A stretch of 64,000 nucleotides of DNA from an uncultured Acidobacteriota bacterium (GCA_963796275.1 CAWCKY010000007.1:768001-832000); one strand, 5' to 3'; positions 10,568 to 20,620 are shown, counted from the first letter of the stretch. The notes: a model not told the origin generated them from the letters alone. Numbers and translations are program-made.

Positions 10568-12322
10568 TTACCAAACAACCTCAGCGATCCGCAGGTTGGC
10601 ATTCCTGCCCTTCAATCTTTCGGTCCCTAGAGGTTTGAGGATAAAGGACTCATCTAAAACCTGCATAGTGTTCTCACTGATAACTATCTGGCCTGGCTGA
10701 GCGAGGTTTTGCAAACGTGAGGTGGTATTGATTGTATCGCCGATGGCAGTGTAATCGAGGCGAGTTTCTGACCCGATATAACCGACGATCGCCTGGCCGG
10801 TGTTGATGCCGATCCCGACCGCAATACGCGGAAGGTTTTCGGCGAACTGCTTCTCATTAAACGTGACCATCGCCCGTTGTATCTCGATCGCGGCTCGGAC
10901 CGCCTGTACCGCATCCAATTCGCCCACATAAGGCGCGCCGAAGAGAGCCAACAGACCATCCCCTATATATTTATCGAGCGTACCGCCGTGACGGAAGATG
11001 ATCTCGCTGACCATGGAAAAATAGTGGTTGAGAAGATTGACTATCACTTCGGGCGTGCTGTTCTCCGAGAGCGAAGTGAAGTTGCGTATGTCGGCAAACA
11101 ATGCGGTGACCATCTGACGCACGCCGCCAAGTTTGATGGCATCGGGCGAGCGAAGTATATGATCGACTACCTGGCGCGGGAGGAATCGTTCGAAACTCGC
11201 ACGCGCCTGCGCCTGCTTCTGTAATCTTTCGTGGCTGACGACCGTGTTGATCGCGATGCCGGTGTGGACGGCGATGGCGTTGAGCAGGTCCAGATCGTCA
11301 GGTGAGAAAGGTTCATTGAGATCGAAGCGATCAGCGTAGATGAGGCCCAGGAGGCCGCGCGGCCCGATGATCGGGGCGGCCATGACTGATTGGACCTTGT
11401 TGGCCAGGATGCTCTTCGAGGACATCTCACCGCCCGCCCGTTGTGCTTCCTCGAGCAGGACGGAAACACGCTCGGCCATAACTTTAGTGAATATTGTTTG
11501 ACTGATTGGCAGCGGGGTGCCGACCTCTCCCGGACCGCGAGTCTTCGCGGCTACCTGTTCAAAATCGCCGATCTCGTTCTTGCGGTAGATAAAGCAACGC
11601 GTGGCGGGAGTCACTGACAGCAAAAATTCGAAAACCTGCTCGTAAATCTCTTCGAGCGTGTAGATGAGACTCAGCTTGTGGCTCAGCTCGAAAAAGAGCC
11701 GCAGGATGCGATCCTTCTTCTCTAATTCGTACCGATAGACTATCGGCGGCACATCCTGCGAGGCGGTGAAGTCGTTAAGCGAAGAGGGAGCTAGCATCTG
11801 GTCCGGAGTTTTTTGCATCACCTCGCGGAAAGAGTCCGGAGATTTTTGGATTACATCGCGAATTAGGTCCGGAGGCTTCGGTATAACATCGCGGTATTGG
11901 TCGGGAGATTTTGGTATTACATCGCGGAACGGGTCTGCTGTTTTTTGCAATACATCACGATATGACTCCGATGATTTCGGTATTACGCCGCGGAACGAAT
12001 CGGGAACTGTGTCGTTTAGGGGAAGTGCGCCTCTTTGATAAGTGAGAGAGCAGGAGCCCATCTTGATTTGATCGTTCTCGGCGAGCCTGAAATCGACGTT
12101 CGGTGGGATCCGGAACCCATTGACGAATGTCCCGTTGCCGCTTTCCAGGTCTCGCAAAACCACGCCGTCTTCGATCAAGCGCGCGAGCGCGTGCGTGCGC
12201 GAGACGCGCGGGTCGTCCAGGATCAAATCGTTCTTGAGCTCACGCCCGATGGAAACCTCAGGTTTACTGAGGTCGAAAATATAGTCTCTGCCTCCTGGAA
12301 TTTGAATGTATAGGCTCGGCAT
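10568..12322 (-). CDS. Class III adenylate cyclase with FHA, repeat linker and GAF domains
   Basis: FHA motifs IGR, VSRTHA, DLESGNGTFVNG; GAF; cyclase motifs FADIRNFT, LDKYIGDG (Lys, ATP-specifying), DYTAIGDTINTTSRL. Confidence 0.93.
   Translation of the reverse strand: MPSLYIQIPGGRDYIFDLSKPEVSIGRELKNDLILDDPRVSRTHALARLIEDGVVLRDLESGNGTFVNGFRIPPNVDFRLAENDQIKMGSCSLTYQRGALPLNDTVPDSFRGVIPKSSESYRDVLQKTADPFRDVIPKSPDQYRDVIPKPPDLIRDVIQKSPDSFREVMQKTPDQMLAPSSLNDFTASQDVPPIVYRYELEKKDRILRLFFELSHKLSLIYTLEEIYEQVFEFLLSVTPATRCFIYRKNEIGDFEQVAAKTRGPGEVGTPLPISQTIFTKVMAERVSVLLEEAQRAGGEMSSKSILANKVQSVMAAPIIGPRGLLGLIYADRFDLNEPFSPDDLDLLNAIAVHTGIAINTVVSHERLQKQAQARASFERFLPRQVVDHILRSPDAIKLGGVRQMVTALFADIRNFTSLSENSTPEVIVNLLNHYFSMVSEIIFRHGGTLDKYIGDGLLALFGAPYVGELDAVQAVRAAIEIQRAMVTFNEKQFAENLPRIAVGIGINTGQAIVGYIGSETRLDYTAIGDTINTTSRLQNLAQPGQIVISENTMQVLDESFILKPLGTERLKGRNANLRIAEVVW
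11801..12004 (-). repeat. Intragenic 33-bp x6 tandem repeat (11-aa unit)
   Basis: PDSFRGVIPKS/SESYRDVLQKT/ADPFRDVIPKS/PDQYRDVIPKP/PDLIRDVIQKS/PDSFREVMQKT. Confidence 0.95.
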
Positions 12323-12384
12323 AGCAAACAATTAGGGGTGGATCTGTAAAAGCACTAATATAGAGCACAACTCGGTTCTGCGGG

Positions 12385-13143
12385 TCAAAATTTATATTCT
12401 CTTCCGACTTCAGCGACAACGATGCGGGGGTCTTTGAGTGCAGCAATTTCACGCGCGACTTGATCACGGTAAGCTGCCTTGAGATGGACAGCGAAAACTT
12501 GCACGTCCCGTCTGATCTTAGGCATTTCTTCGAGCAATGTCGAGGGTGAATGATGACAGGAGACGCGCGCGAGATCGGTCAATCTATCGGGGAATGATAG
12601 ATCGATAAAAACGGCGCGGAGCTTCTCGCAACCCCCGGCTATCTTCCAGATGCGATCGGTCGCCCCCGTGTCCGAGGTGAAGAGAAGCGCGGTCGTTTCA
12701 TCTTCAACCAGGAGACCGTGGGTCAGTACCGTATGACTGACGGGGATCGGGGTAATCTTCAAATCTTCCGTTATGAAATGCTCGCCGGACTTGATCGGGT
12801 GAAACGAAATCAATTCCGTGTGACCGTTCTTCAATGTATCGAGCGTGACCCATACGCGATGATTGAAGAGATGTTGTTGCACGGCATCGAGGTCCGATGC
12901 GGTTGCGTAGAGTTTTATGGGCTCGCGTATTTCGTCGAAGAGATCGGTGATGAAGAGCGGCAGAGAGAATATATGATCGAGATGAGCGTGGGTAAGAACG
13001 ACAGATCGTAAGCGGAGCTGCTCTTCAACGCTCATCCCAATGGCGATCGCGCCGGCGTCGATGGCCAGAGTGTCATTGATCAAATAGGTGGTCAGCAATT
13101 GATGCCGCCCATCCCGTGTGCTTGGTACGATTTTGAATCTCAC
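12385..13143 (-). CDS. 3',5'-cyclic-nucleotide phosphodiesterase, class II (metallo-beta-lactamase fold)
   Basis: THAHLDHI motif matches the class II PDE H-x-H-L-D-H signature; also SDTG and VHLK; adjacent to the cyclase. Confidence 0.82.
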   Translation of the reverse strand: MRFKIVPSTRDGRHQLLTTYLINDTLAIDAGAIAIGMSVEEQLRLRSVVLTHAHLDHIFSLPLFITDLFDEIREPIKLYATASDLDAVQQHLFNHRVWVTLDTLKNGHTELISFHPIKSGEHFITEDLKITPIPVSHTVLTHGLLVEDETTALLFTSDTGATDRIWKIAGGCEKLRAVFIDLSFPDRLTDLARVSCHHSPSTLLEEMPKIRRDVQVFAVHLKAAYRDQVAREIAALKDPRIVVAEVGREYKF

Positions 13144-13817
13144 TCTTTAAGCAGATCGCGGAATTTCGCAATAGTTTGGTTGGCAGGATTGATTCCTTCG
13201 AGTTGTTTGAGTGACTCGCGCGCCGCCGGTTTATCCCCTTTGTCGATCAAAGCCGCGGTCAGATTCTGAAGCGTCTTTTCGTGACGCGGATCGAATACGA
13301 GGGCCTTGCGATACTCCGCTATGGCCTTATCGAGATTGCGGCCCTTCCGCAATTGGAAAGTCAGCCCCAGGTCCATGCGGACAGTCGGGTCTTTCGGGTC
13401 GATTTTGAGCGCCGTCTCATACCAGCGCTCGGCCTCCTCGTATCGCTCCAGATCGAAGTTCGTATCGCCGAGTTTGACGAGGAGATTTAAATCCTTCGGC
13501 TTAATCTTATAGGCGTTGTTGTAATATTCCAGCGCCTGTTCGTGTCTATCGATCTGCCGGAAGAGTCCCGCCGCTTCGATCTGCGCTTCGAAATTCGATG
13601 GATCATTCTTCGCCAGGTCGATCGCGGCCATGACATCGGCTTGCGGGTTGCCCGATGATCCGCTGGCAGGCGGATGGTCGGCCGGCGCGCCGCCCGATCC
13701 GGTCTGCTTCGGAACTGTCGCGGTATTGGCGCGATTTATGTAATTGGTACCGATGTACCCGATTATCACGCCGCCCAGTATTCCGATTATCCCAATTAGT
13801 ATATTTTCTCTACTCAT
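13140..13817 (-). CDS. Membrane-anchored TPR protein
   Basis: N-terminal TM helix (ILIGIIGILGGVIIGYIG), PADHPP linker, several TPRs; 4-bp overlap with the PDE gene. Confidence 0.85.
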   Translation of the reverse strand: MSRENILIGIIGILGGVIIGYIGTNYINRANTATVPKQTGSGGAPADHPPASGSSGNPQADVMAAIDLAKNDPSNFEAQIEAAGLFRQIDRHEQALEYYNNAYKIKPKDLNLLVKLGDTNFDLERYEEAERWYETALKIDPKDPTVRMDLGLTFQLRKGRNLDKAIAEYRKALVFDPRHEKTLQNLTAALIDKGDKPAARESLKQLEGINPANQTIAKFRDLLKE

Positions 13818-14171
13818 CTCTTAATGTTCCACTGCTCTTACCATCTTGCACTTTGCAATAATGCTATAATATTATTCTTGAGTTGAAAATGGTTTACGTC
13901 ACGTTCTACCGAACGAGATACAGAATTCGAGATTTTCAACCCCAGATAGTTTTCGAGATCACAATTTAACTAAAATTAGAGGACAATTTTTGATGCCATC
14001 TTCAGCGCGGAGAGCCCCTACCGGCTCTGATTGGCGGATGGGAAAAGAAGAACAAGTAGAAATTCTACTCGCTATGATCAAAATTCTGGCGTGCAAAGAG
14101 CGCGCGAAAAAAAATACGGGCAAGCTGATCTCAGCACTATCTGAACGGTCGCTTGCCAGAAGGAGGTAGCG

Positions 14172-14438
14172 ATGAGCAAGCGACTGACCGACCGTGAAAG
14201 ACTCCTGTCCAAACTCGACCATCTCACTGACATTGAATTTGAAGAAGTGTTGGATTTCGTTGCGCGAATGGAGACAAAGAGCCGTGATCGCGGGCAACGC
14301 GATGTCCCCGACGATGATCTGCTCGCGACTCTCAGCTCCGCGCGTGAAAACCGCCGCGCGAGGCAGGTTTTTGAGTGGGAATCCGTGAGAAGAAGAGCCG
14401 AAGCGCGCGCAGGATCAAATAGTCATGCGCGACGATGA
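14172..14438 (+). CDS. Small hypothetical protein (N-terminus resembles DUF2281-type helical proteins)
   Basis: Strong RBS AGGAGG; LLSKLDHL...EEVLDFV pattern. Confidence 0.6.
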   Translation: MSKRLTDRERLLSKLDHLTDIEFEEVLDFVARMETKSRDRGQRDVPDDDLLATLSSARENRRARQVFEWESVRRRAEARAGSNSHARR

Positions 14439-15298
14439 GCGGCTCTCCCTCGCTGATTTGGGAATTTGAGAAGATGATGATAATGCGGGATGAGAGGCAG
14501 AGGCGAAGAATGGTATTCGCATTCATCTTCATCCTCTCTCTTGGTCTATCGACTAATGCTGCGGTTCAAGGGAACCAGGCCACCAGTCTTCAGGAACGAC
14601 TCGTAGCTGGATTGGCCGCTCAGAATGAGGAGCAACGAATGGAAGCTCTCGTCGATTTGAGCGCGCTCTTCAGGTCTGCTCCGGGGATAATCACCAATTC
14701 TACACTCATCGCTCTGAGTGAAACTTTGCAACACGATTCATCGCCGGTCGTTCGTGCGTTGGCGGCGCGCGCATTGGAACTGGGGGGCGATGAGGATGCG
14801 AGCGGACATCTCATCGCCGCTCTGGCTAAAGAGAAAGAGGTCGCCGTCCGAAAAGCGATAGCATATGCATTGGCTCATTACCCGTCGGCGCCGGTCACCC
14901 ATGCCTTTATCAAGCTCCTTAATAATAAGAAACAGGAGTTGCGAGCCGCCGCTTCTTATGGTCTGGCCGAGTCTGGCGATCCCCTGGCGCGCAAGCCGTT
15001 GATAGATTTTTTGCAGAAGCGCGATGATGATGAGGATTCATTCGCCAGGAGCCAGGCTGCACGCGGCCTGGGCAAGATCGCCAGCCGGGAGGCGATCGAA
15101 CCGCTACTCAGGGCGCTGACGCGAGACAAGTCGGGGGAAGTTCGACGCGAAGCGGCAGTAGCGCTCGGAAATATTGCAACTAAACAGGACTTGAATGTCA
15201 TCGACGCCCTTCGTGAGGCGACCATGTCATCAGACCCTTACCTCACTATCGCCGCCGACAACGCACTGTCAAACATCAATTCTCGATCATTGTTATAG
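14435..15298 (+). CDS. HEAT-repeat (PBS lyase-like) protein with N-terminal hydrophobic segment
   Basis: Repeats VRALAARAL, VRKAIAYAL, LRAAASYGL, ARSQAARGL, VRREAAVAL. Confidence 0.85.
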   Translation: MSGSPSLIWEFEKMMIMRDERQRRRMVFAFIFILSLGLSTNAAVQGNQATSLQERLVAGLAAQNEEQRMEALVDLSALFRSAPGIITNSTLIALSETLQHDSSPVVRALAARALELGGDEDASGHLIAALAKEKEVAVRKAIAYALAHYPSAPVTHAFIKLLNNKKQELRAAASYGLAESGDPLARKPLIDFLQKRDDDEDSFARSQAARGLGKIASREAIEPLLRALTRDKSGEVRREAAVALGNIATKQDLNVIDALREATMSSDPYLTIAADNALSNINSRSLL

Positions 15299-15515
15299 GG
15301 CAGGAGAGTTGCTCCCCCATATTCTCAAAAAGGCAAGGAAGACAAAAACTTACTGATTCTTTCCGTTGGTGTTTTTGGGCAAATCTAAGTGCTATTGCCC
15401 GGAATTTCTTTTAGTTCTGCCTGCCTTGACGCCTCGCAAGGTGCGTGGTACTTCTCAAGCGCCCCCTGGACCATCCGTCATCATAAGTTTTATTAAGTAA
15501 GAAGGAGAATGAGGC

Positions 15516-18266
15516 GTGAATTTTTGGCGAGGCCTTTTGTCGGTTGCGTGCTTGTCCCTTTCACTTTTATTCACATCTTCAGCCTCGGCGCAAAACTTCG
15601 AATACTATCCCGGCGCTAAATACGATCCATCGATTCCAACTCTCAAACAGGTGGTCGGCCATGGATGGGGTGAGAAGATCACGATGTATCACGAGGCGAT
15701 CGCCTACATCAAAGCCCTGCAAAATGCCGCCGGTTCGCGGCTCAAAGTGATCAAATACGCCGAGACATGGGAAGGTAAATCGCTCAATGTTCTGGCCATC
15801 GGTTCGCCATCCAACATTTCGCGAGTGGCTGAGATCAAAACCGGGATGCAGAAACTGGCTGACCCGCGTCGGATCTCACAAGTCGAGGCTGATGCCTTGA
15901 TCAGGTCGCTGCCCTCGATCGTCTGGTTGATATGTGGCGTTCACGGGAATGAGATCTCGAGCGTCGATGCCGGTCTTCTGACAGCATATCACCTGCTCGC
16001 CGCGCAACATGACGAATTGATCGAGACGGCCATGGAGAATACGGTCGTACTGATCGACCCTATGCAAAATCCTGACGGACGTGATCGGTTCATCAACTAT
16101 TTCACCCAGAACGTCGGCCGTTTTCCAGATGCCGATATGCAGGCGGCTGAGCATAATGAGGTATGGCCGAGCGGACGGGTCAATCACTACCTATTCGATA
16201 TGAACCGTGACTGGTTCGCGCAGACGCAGCCAGAGACCCGCGGCCGCACAAAATTTTATCTGGAATGGTTCCCTCAGGTTGTTGCAGATCTGCACGAGAT
16301 GGGGACCAACAGCACTTATTACTTTGCTCCGCCGGCATTGCCGTGGAACCCGAATCTGACCAAGACGCAGCTCGACTGGCTGGCGAAGTTCGGCCGGAAT
16401 AACGCCGCATGGTTCGATCGCTTTCACTTCGATTATTTCACGCGCGAGAATTATGATTCGTTCTATCCGGGTTATGGCGAGGGTTGGCCGTTGTTCCAAG
16501 GCTCGATCGGGATGACGTATGAGCAGGCGTCGGTACGCGGTCTCCTGGCCAGGCGTGAAGACGACTCCACCATGCATTACCGAGATTCGGTGCATCATCA
16601 CTTCATCGCATCGCTTTCGACCATCGAAAACGCGGCCAGGAACCGCGAAATGCTCCTGCGTTATTTCTATGACTATCGATTCAGCGCTGTCGAGGAGGGC
16701 AGGAATGAGAGGGTCAAGGAGTACATCATTACCCCGGGCAACGATCCGAACCGGGCTGCGCGGCTGGCCGCGATGCTGATGGACTCGGGCATCGAAGTGA
16801 AGCGCGCCGACGCTCCCTTCGGCAACTCGAAGACGCGCGATTATTTCGACGGCGATCAACAATCGCGCGTCTTCCCGGCGGGCAGCTATATCGTCTCTCT
16901 CGCTCAGCCCGCGAAGCGCATGGCCAAAGCGCTCATGGACAAACAGACCGATCAGGATAAAGAGTTCCTGGAAGAACAGCGCCGCCTCAATAGGATGCGG
17001 AGACCGGAAGAGTTTTATGACGTGACCGCCTGGTCCTTGCCTCTGATCTTCGATCATCCATGCTTCGTCGCGGAAACCAATTCGAGTGTCCGGGCGACCG
17101 TTCTCAGGGAGTCACCGAAGACGCCGGGACAGATGTACGGAGCGCAGGCGAAGCTGGCATACCTCATCCCCTGGGGCACACAGGCTGCGGCTGCTGCCCT
17201 GGCCGATCTGTTCAATCAAAATGTCCGCATTCACAGCAGCGACAAGGCTTTTAAATTAAATGGTTGGAGTTTCCCTCCGGGCACCCTGATCGTCAAACTG
17301 AAAGATAACCCGGCTGATCTGCACGAGCGAATGACGAAGCTCGTGAATGGTCACAATATCGACGTATATTCGACCGATTCATCCTGGGTCGACGATGGGC
17401 CGAATTTCGGCAGCAGCAATGTGCGTTTCCTGCCGAGGCCTCGCATAGCGCTCGCTTACAATACGCCGACCTCGGCTAACTCCGCGGGGTGGGCTCGCTA
17501 CCTGATCGAACAACGCTATGGTTATCCGGTGACGATCGTCCGCACCGAGCAGTTACGCTCGGCTGATTTGAGCCGGTATAACGTCATCATCCTGCCCGAC
17601 ACAAATTCCGGTTACAGTAACCAGTTGGGTAACGGCGCGACACTGCGCGATTGGGTTCAGAGAGGCGGGGTATTGATCGGTCTCGCCGGCGCCACCAATT
17701 GGTTGATCGATGAAAAAGTAAATCTGCTTCCGACCAGGCGCGAGAAGCGCGAGAAAGATGATGACGACAAAAAAAGAGATGAAAGTGGCGACCGCAAAAG
17801 GGATCGGAGAGACCAATCGGCGAAGGAACCTGACCAAGATTCGGCAAGAGATCAAGATAGGGATCAGGATAAGGACCCGGTAGAGAAGGCTATTGAGCCG
17901 GCTGATGAGTACCCGAGCGCGACGCCCGGTGCGATTGTACGCGTTAAGGTCGATCGAGCGCATTGGCTCGGATTCGGCTACGGTGCAACCACGACCGTCA
18001 TAATCGACAGCAATCGTATCTATACCCTGCTGAAACTTGATAAAGGCACGAATGTGGCGATCTATATGCCTCAGGATAAAATGCTGGTCAGCGGTTTCAT
18101 GTGGGAGGATCCGAAGAAACAGCTCCCAAATAAGGCCTACTTGATGCACACCTCGATCGGTCGCGGTCATGTCGTCGGATTTGCCGAAGACCCGAACTAC
18201 CGCGCTTTCATGGAAGGATTGAATGTGATGCTGCTGAATGCTGTTTTTCTTGGGCCGGGACATTAA
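15516..18266 (+). CDS. Secreted M14 zinc carboxypeptidase with C-terminal class I GATase-like domain
   Basis: Signal peptide, HGNE zinc motif, NPDG, NRDW, DLHEMG; RBS AAGGAG. Confidence 0.92.
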   Translation: MNFWRGLLSVACLSLSLLFTSSASAQNFEYYPGAKYDPSIPTLKQVVGHGWGEKITMYHEAIAYIKALQNAAGSRLKVIKYAETWEGKSLNVLAIGSPSNISRVAEIKTGMQKLADPRRISQVEADALIRSLPSIVWLICGVHGNEISSVDAGLLTAYHLLAAQHDELIETAMENTVVLIDPMQNPDGRDRFINYFTQNVGRFPDADMQAAEHNEVWPSGRVNHYLFDMNRDWFAQTQPETRGRTKFYLEWFPQVVADLHEMGTNSTYYFAPPALPWNPNLTKTQLDWLAKFGRNNAAWFDRFHFDYFTRENYDSFYPGYGEGWPLFQGSIGMTYEQASVRGLLARREDDSTMHYRDSVHHHFIASLSTIENAARNREMLLRYFYDYRFSAVEEGRNERVKEYIITPGNDPNRAARLAAMLMDSGIEVKRADAPFGNSKTRDYFDGDQQSRVFPAGSYIVSLAQPAKRMAKALMDKQTDQDKEFLEEQRRLNRMRRPEEFYDVTAWSLPLIFDHPCFVAETNSSVRATVLRESPKTPGQMYGAQAKLAYLIPWGTQAAAAALADLFNQNVRIHSSDKAFKLNGWSFPPGTLIVKLKDNPADLHERMTKLVNGHNIDVYSTDSSWVDDGPNFGSSNVRFLPRPRIALAYNTPTSANSAGWARYLIEQRYGYPVTIVRTEQLRSADLSRYNVIILPDTNSGYSNQLGNGATLRDWVQRGGVLIGLAGATNWLIDEKVNLLPTRREKREKDDDDKKRDESGDRKRDRRDQSAKEPDQDSARDQDRDQDKDPVEKAIEPADEYPSATPGAIVRVKVDRAHWLGFGYGATTTVIIDSNRIYTLLKLDKGTNVAIYMPQDKMLVSGFMWEDPKKQLPNKAYLMHTSIGRGHVVGFAEDPNYRAFMEGLNVMLLNAVFLGPGH

Positions 18267-18283
18267 GTAAGAAGGTAGTTTAA

Positions 18284-18370
18284 AGTTATCAGTTTTCAGC
18301 AGCCTGCCCTCCTGCAGATCGCGGGGAGCGGAAGTTGATTGGGGCTACCAAACGAAAACTGAAACTCAAA
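18284..18370. repeat. Degenerate heptamer-arm hairpin (AGTTTTC/GAAAACT family)
   Basis: agttatc agttttc agc ... cgaaaact gaaact caaa. Confidence 0.55.
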
Positions 18371-18377
18371 CCTTAAT

Positions 18378-19490
18378 ATGAAATCACTCCTCCGCGAACT
18401 AATCTTCCCGCTCACCGCCTGCCTCGCTGCCTTTCTTGTCGGCGCAATAGTCATCCTGGTAATAGGCGACAACCCGCTGGTGGTTTATCGTTTACTACTC
18501 TCGAGCTCATTCGGCCTCTTCGATGCGCTAGGTAATTTCACATTTGACAATTGGGGCTACACGCTGTTTTATGCCACGCCGCTTATCTTCACCGGCCTCG
18601 CCGTTGCGCTGGCATTCAAATGCGGGCTACTCAATATCGGGGCTGAGGGTCAATTGTATGTCAGCGCATTCGCCGCCGCCTGGATCGGGATTACCTTCGC
18701 GGGATTGCCTGGCTTTATGTTGGTTCCGATGGCGATGCTGGCTGCGATGGTGGCTGGCGGTATGTGGGGCGCAATACCCGGGTTTCTCAAAGCGCGATTC
18801 GGATCACACGAAGTTATCAACACCATCATGCTCAATTTCATCGCCGTCGGCCTGGTCAGCTATCTGACCCAGAGTTATTACAAGGCTCAGGGCGATCCGA
18901 TAATGCAGACCGTTCCGATCGCTGAGCAGGCGCAGATCGCACGCTTCCATTTATTGCTTTCGCCTTTTGGCGTAGATTTTCCGCAACGGATACCGCTCAA
19001 TGTATCGTTTTTGTTGGCGCTGCTCGCCTGTTTTTTGGTTTGGGTCTTTCTTTGGCGGACGAAATGGGGGTACGAAATCCGCGCGGTCGGTTTGAACCAA
19101 TCAGCCGCCGAATATGGGGGGATCAGTGTGCGGAAGCAGATCGTTCTGGCCATGGCATTGTCTGGTGCGGTGGCCGGAATGGTCGGCATCAACGAGGTAC
19201 TGGGATACCGTTATCGTTACTACCACGACTTCTCCCCAGGGTATGGTTTTGCGGGAATAGCCGTCGCGCTGCTGGGTCGCAATCATCCCGCCGGGGTGCT
19301 GTTGGCGGCGATACTATTTGGAGCGCTCAATCGCGGAGGATTGTTCGTAGATATTTTCACTGATAAGGTTTCGAAAGATCTGGTGCAGGTGTTGCAGGCC
19401 GTCATCATTCTGTTCGTTGCGATGGAGGCTCTGTTTCGCGGCTGGTTAACGCGATTCCTTCCCGCGTTGACGAAAGAGACCACATCTTAA
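18378..19490 (+). CDS. Nucleoside/sugar ABC transporter permease (NupB/YufP-like)
   Basis: TPLIFTGLAVALAF..GLLNIGAEGQ, EVI.TIMLN, GF.GIAVALLGRNHP. Confidence 0.9.
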   Translation: MKSLLRELIFPLTACLAAFLVGAIVILVIGDNPLVVYRLLLSSSFGLFDALGNFTFDNWGYTLFYATPLIFTGLAVALAFKCGLLNIGAEGQLYVSAFAAAWIGITFAGLPGFMLVPMAMLAAMVAGGMWGAIPGFLKARFGSHEVINTIMLNFIAVGLVSYLTQSYYKAQGDPIMQTVPIAEQAQIARFHLLLSPFGVDFPQRIPLNVSFLLALLACFLVWVFLWRTKWGYEIRAVGLNQSAAEYGGISVRKQIVLAMALSGAVAGMVGINEVLGYRYRYYHDFSPGYGFAGIAVALLGRNHPAGVLLAAILFGALNRGGLFVDIFTDKVSKDLVQVLQAVIILFVAMEALFRGWLTRFLPALTKETTS

Positions 19491-19491
19491 T

Positions 19492-19580
19492 TTGATACTT
19501 GTTATTTGATAGTGACAAAGTGATCGTTGACTTGTCACTGTCACTATCGACTATCAATTACCGACTATCAATTATCGACT
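19492..19580. repeat. Heptamer-arm hairpin (TTGATAG/CTATCAA family)
   Basis: ttgatac ttgttat ttgatag tgacaa ... ttgtcac tgtcac tatcgac tatcaat taccgac tatcaat tatcgac. Confidence 0.75.
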
Positions 19581-19583
19581 AGA

Positions 19584-20513
19584 ATGTTCACCGACATCTT
19601 CAACTACACGTTAATCGCTTCGACGCTGCGGCTCTCCACGCCCCTGATTCTGGCCGCTCTCGGGGGCTTGTATTCCGAGCGGTGCGGTGTAATCAACATA
19701 GCGCTCGAAGGGTTGATGCTGGCAGGGGCGTTCACCGCCGCGACAGTAACCGTGTACTCCGGCTGCGCATGGATAGGATTGCTCGCAGCTGTGGCAGCCG
19801 GGATGTTGGTCGCGGCCATTCACGGGTTGGCGACCATCAGTTATCGAGCCGATCAGGTAGTTAGCGGGACGGCGATCAATATTCTGTTTCTTGGGATTCC
19901 CGCATTGCTCTCGGGGGCTTTATTTAAGTCGACCGGAGCGACACCGCAATTACCGCGCGATCAGGTGCTGCCCGATGTGCCGCTCTTCAATCCCGGCAAT
20001 TTCCCGGTTCTAGCATCTATCTTCAACCAGAAGCCGCTCGTCTACCTCGCGCTCCTTCTCGCGACGGTGACGGCTTTCGTTTTATATAGAACGCGATTCG
20101 GGTTACGTCTGCGCGCAGTCGGCGAAAACCCGGAAGCCGCGGATACCGCAGGTGTGAGCGTAGTGAAGGTGCGTTATGCAGGGGTCCTGATTTCGGGGGC
20201 GCTGGCGGCGCTCGGCGGTGCCTATCTTTCTATCGGTCAGAACTCGCTCTTCACTCGAAACATGACTGCGGGCCGCGGTTTTATAGCGCTGGCCGCACTG
20301 ATCTTCGGGAAATGGGATCCGTTCGGGGCCCTCTTCGCCTGTCTGTTCTTCGGTTTTGCCGAGGCGATTGCCATTCGTATGCAGGGGACCGTCAACATTC
20401 CCAATCAATTTATCCAGATGATACCGTACGTGCTTACCATGGTAGTGCTCGCCGGCTTGATCCGCCGCGCAATTCCACCCAAATCATTGGGTGTTGCATA
20501 TGTAAAAGAATGA
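19584..20513 (+). CDS. Nucleoside/sugar ABC transporter permease (NupC/YufQ-like)
   Basis: PLILAALGGLYSER.GVINIALEG, GLRLRAVGENP.AADTAG, GRGFIALAALIFGKW. The upstream ORF extension is repeat-derived. Confidence 0.9.
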   Translation: MFTDIFNYTLIASTLRLSTPLILAALGGLYSERCGVINIALEGLMLAGAFTAATVTVYSGCAWIGLLAAVAAGMLVAAIHGLATISYRADQVVSGTAINILFLGIPALLSGALFKSTGATPQLPRDQVLPDVPLFNPGNFPVLASIFNQKPLVYLALLLATVTAFVLYRTRFGLRLRAVGENPEAADTAGVSVVKVRYAGVLISGALAALGGAYLSIGQNSLFTRNMTAGRGFIALAALIFGKWDPFGALFACLFFGFAEAIAIRMQGTVNIPNQFIQMIPYVLTMVVLAGLIRRAIPPKSLGVAYVKE

Positions 20514-20620
20514 AGAGAAAGCGACCAAAGGCTAAAGATCTACGAGACGACTTGCGGGCCTTTCTCCTAAAGACTTTGCAAATTTCCTGCTTTTTATCAC
20601 TATTCATCAGGAGATATTAA

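Noticed and set aside
10304-10630. 108-aa ORF in the cpoB-cyclase spacer
   Set aside because: TTG start without RBS, runs through repeats, overlaps the cyclase 3' end, no recognisable motif.
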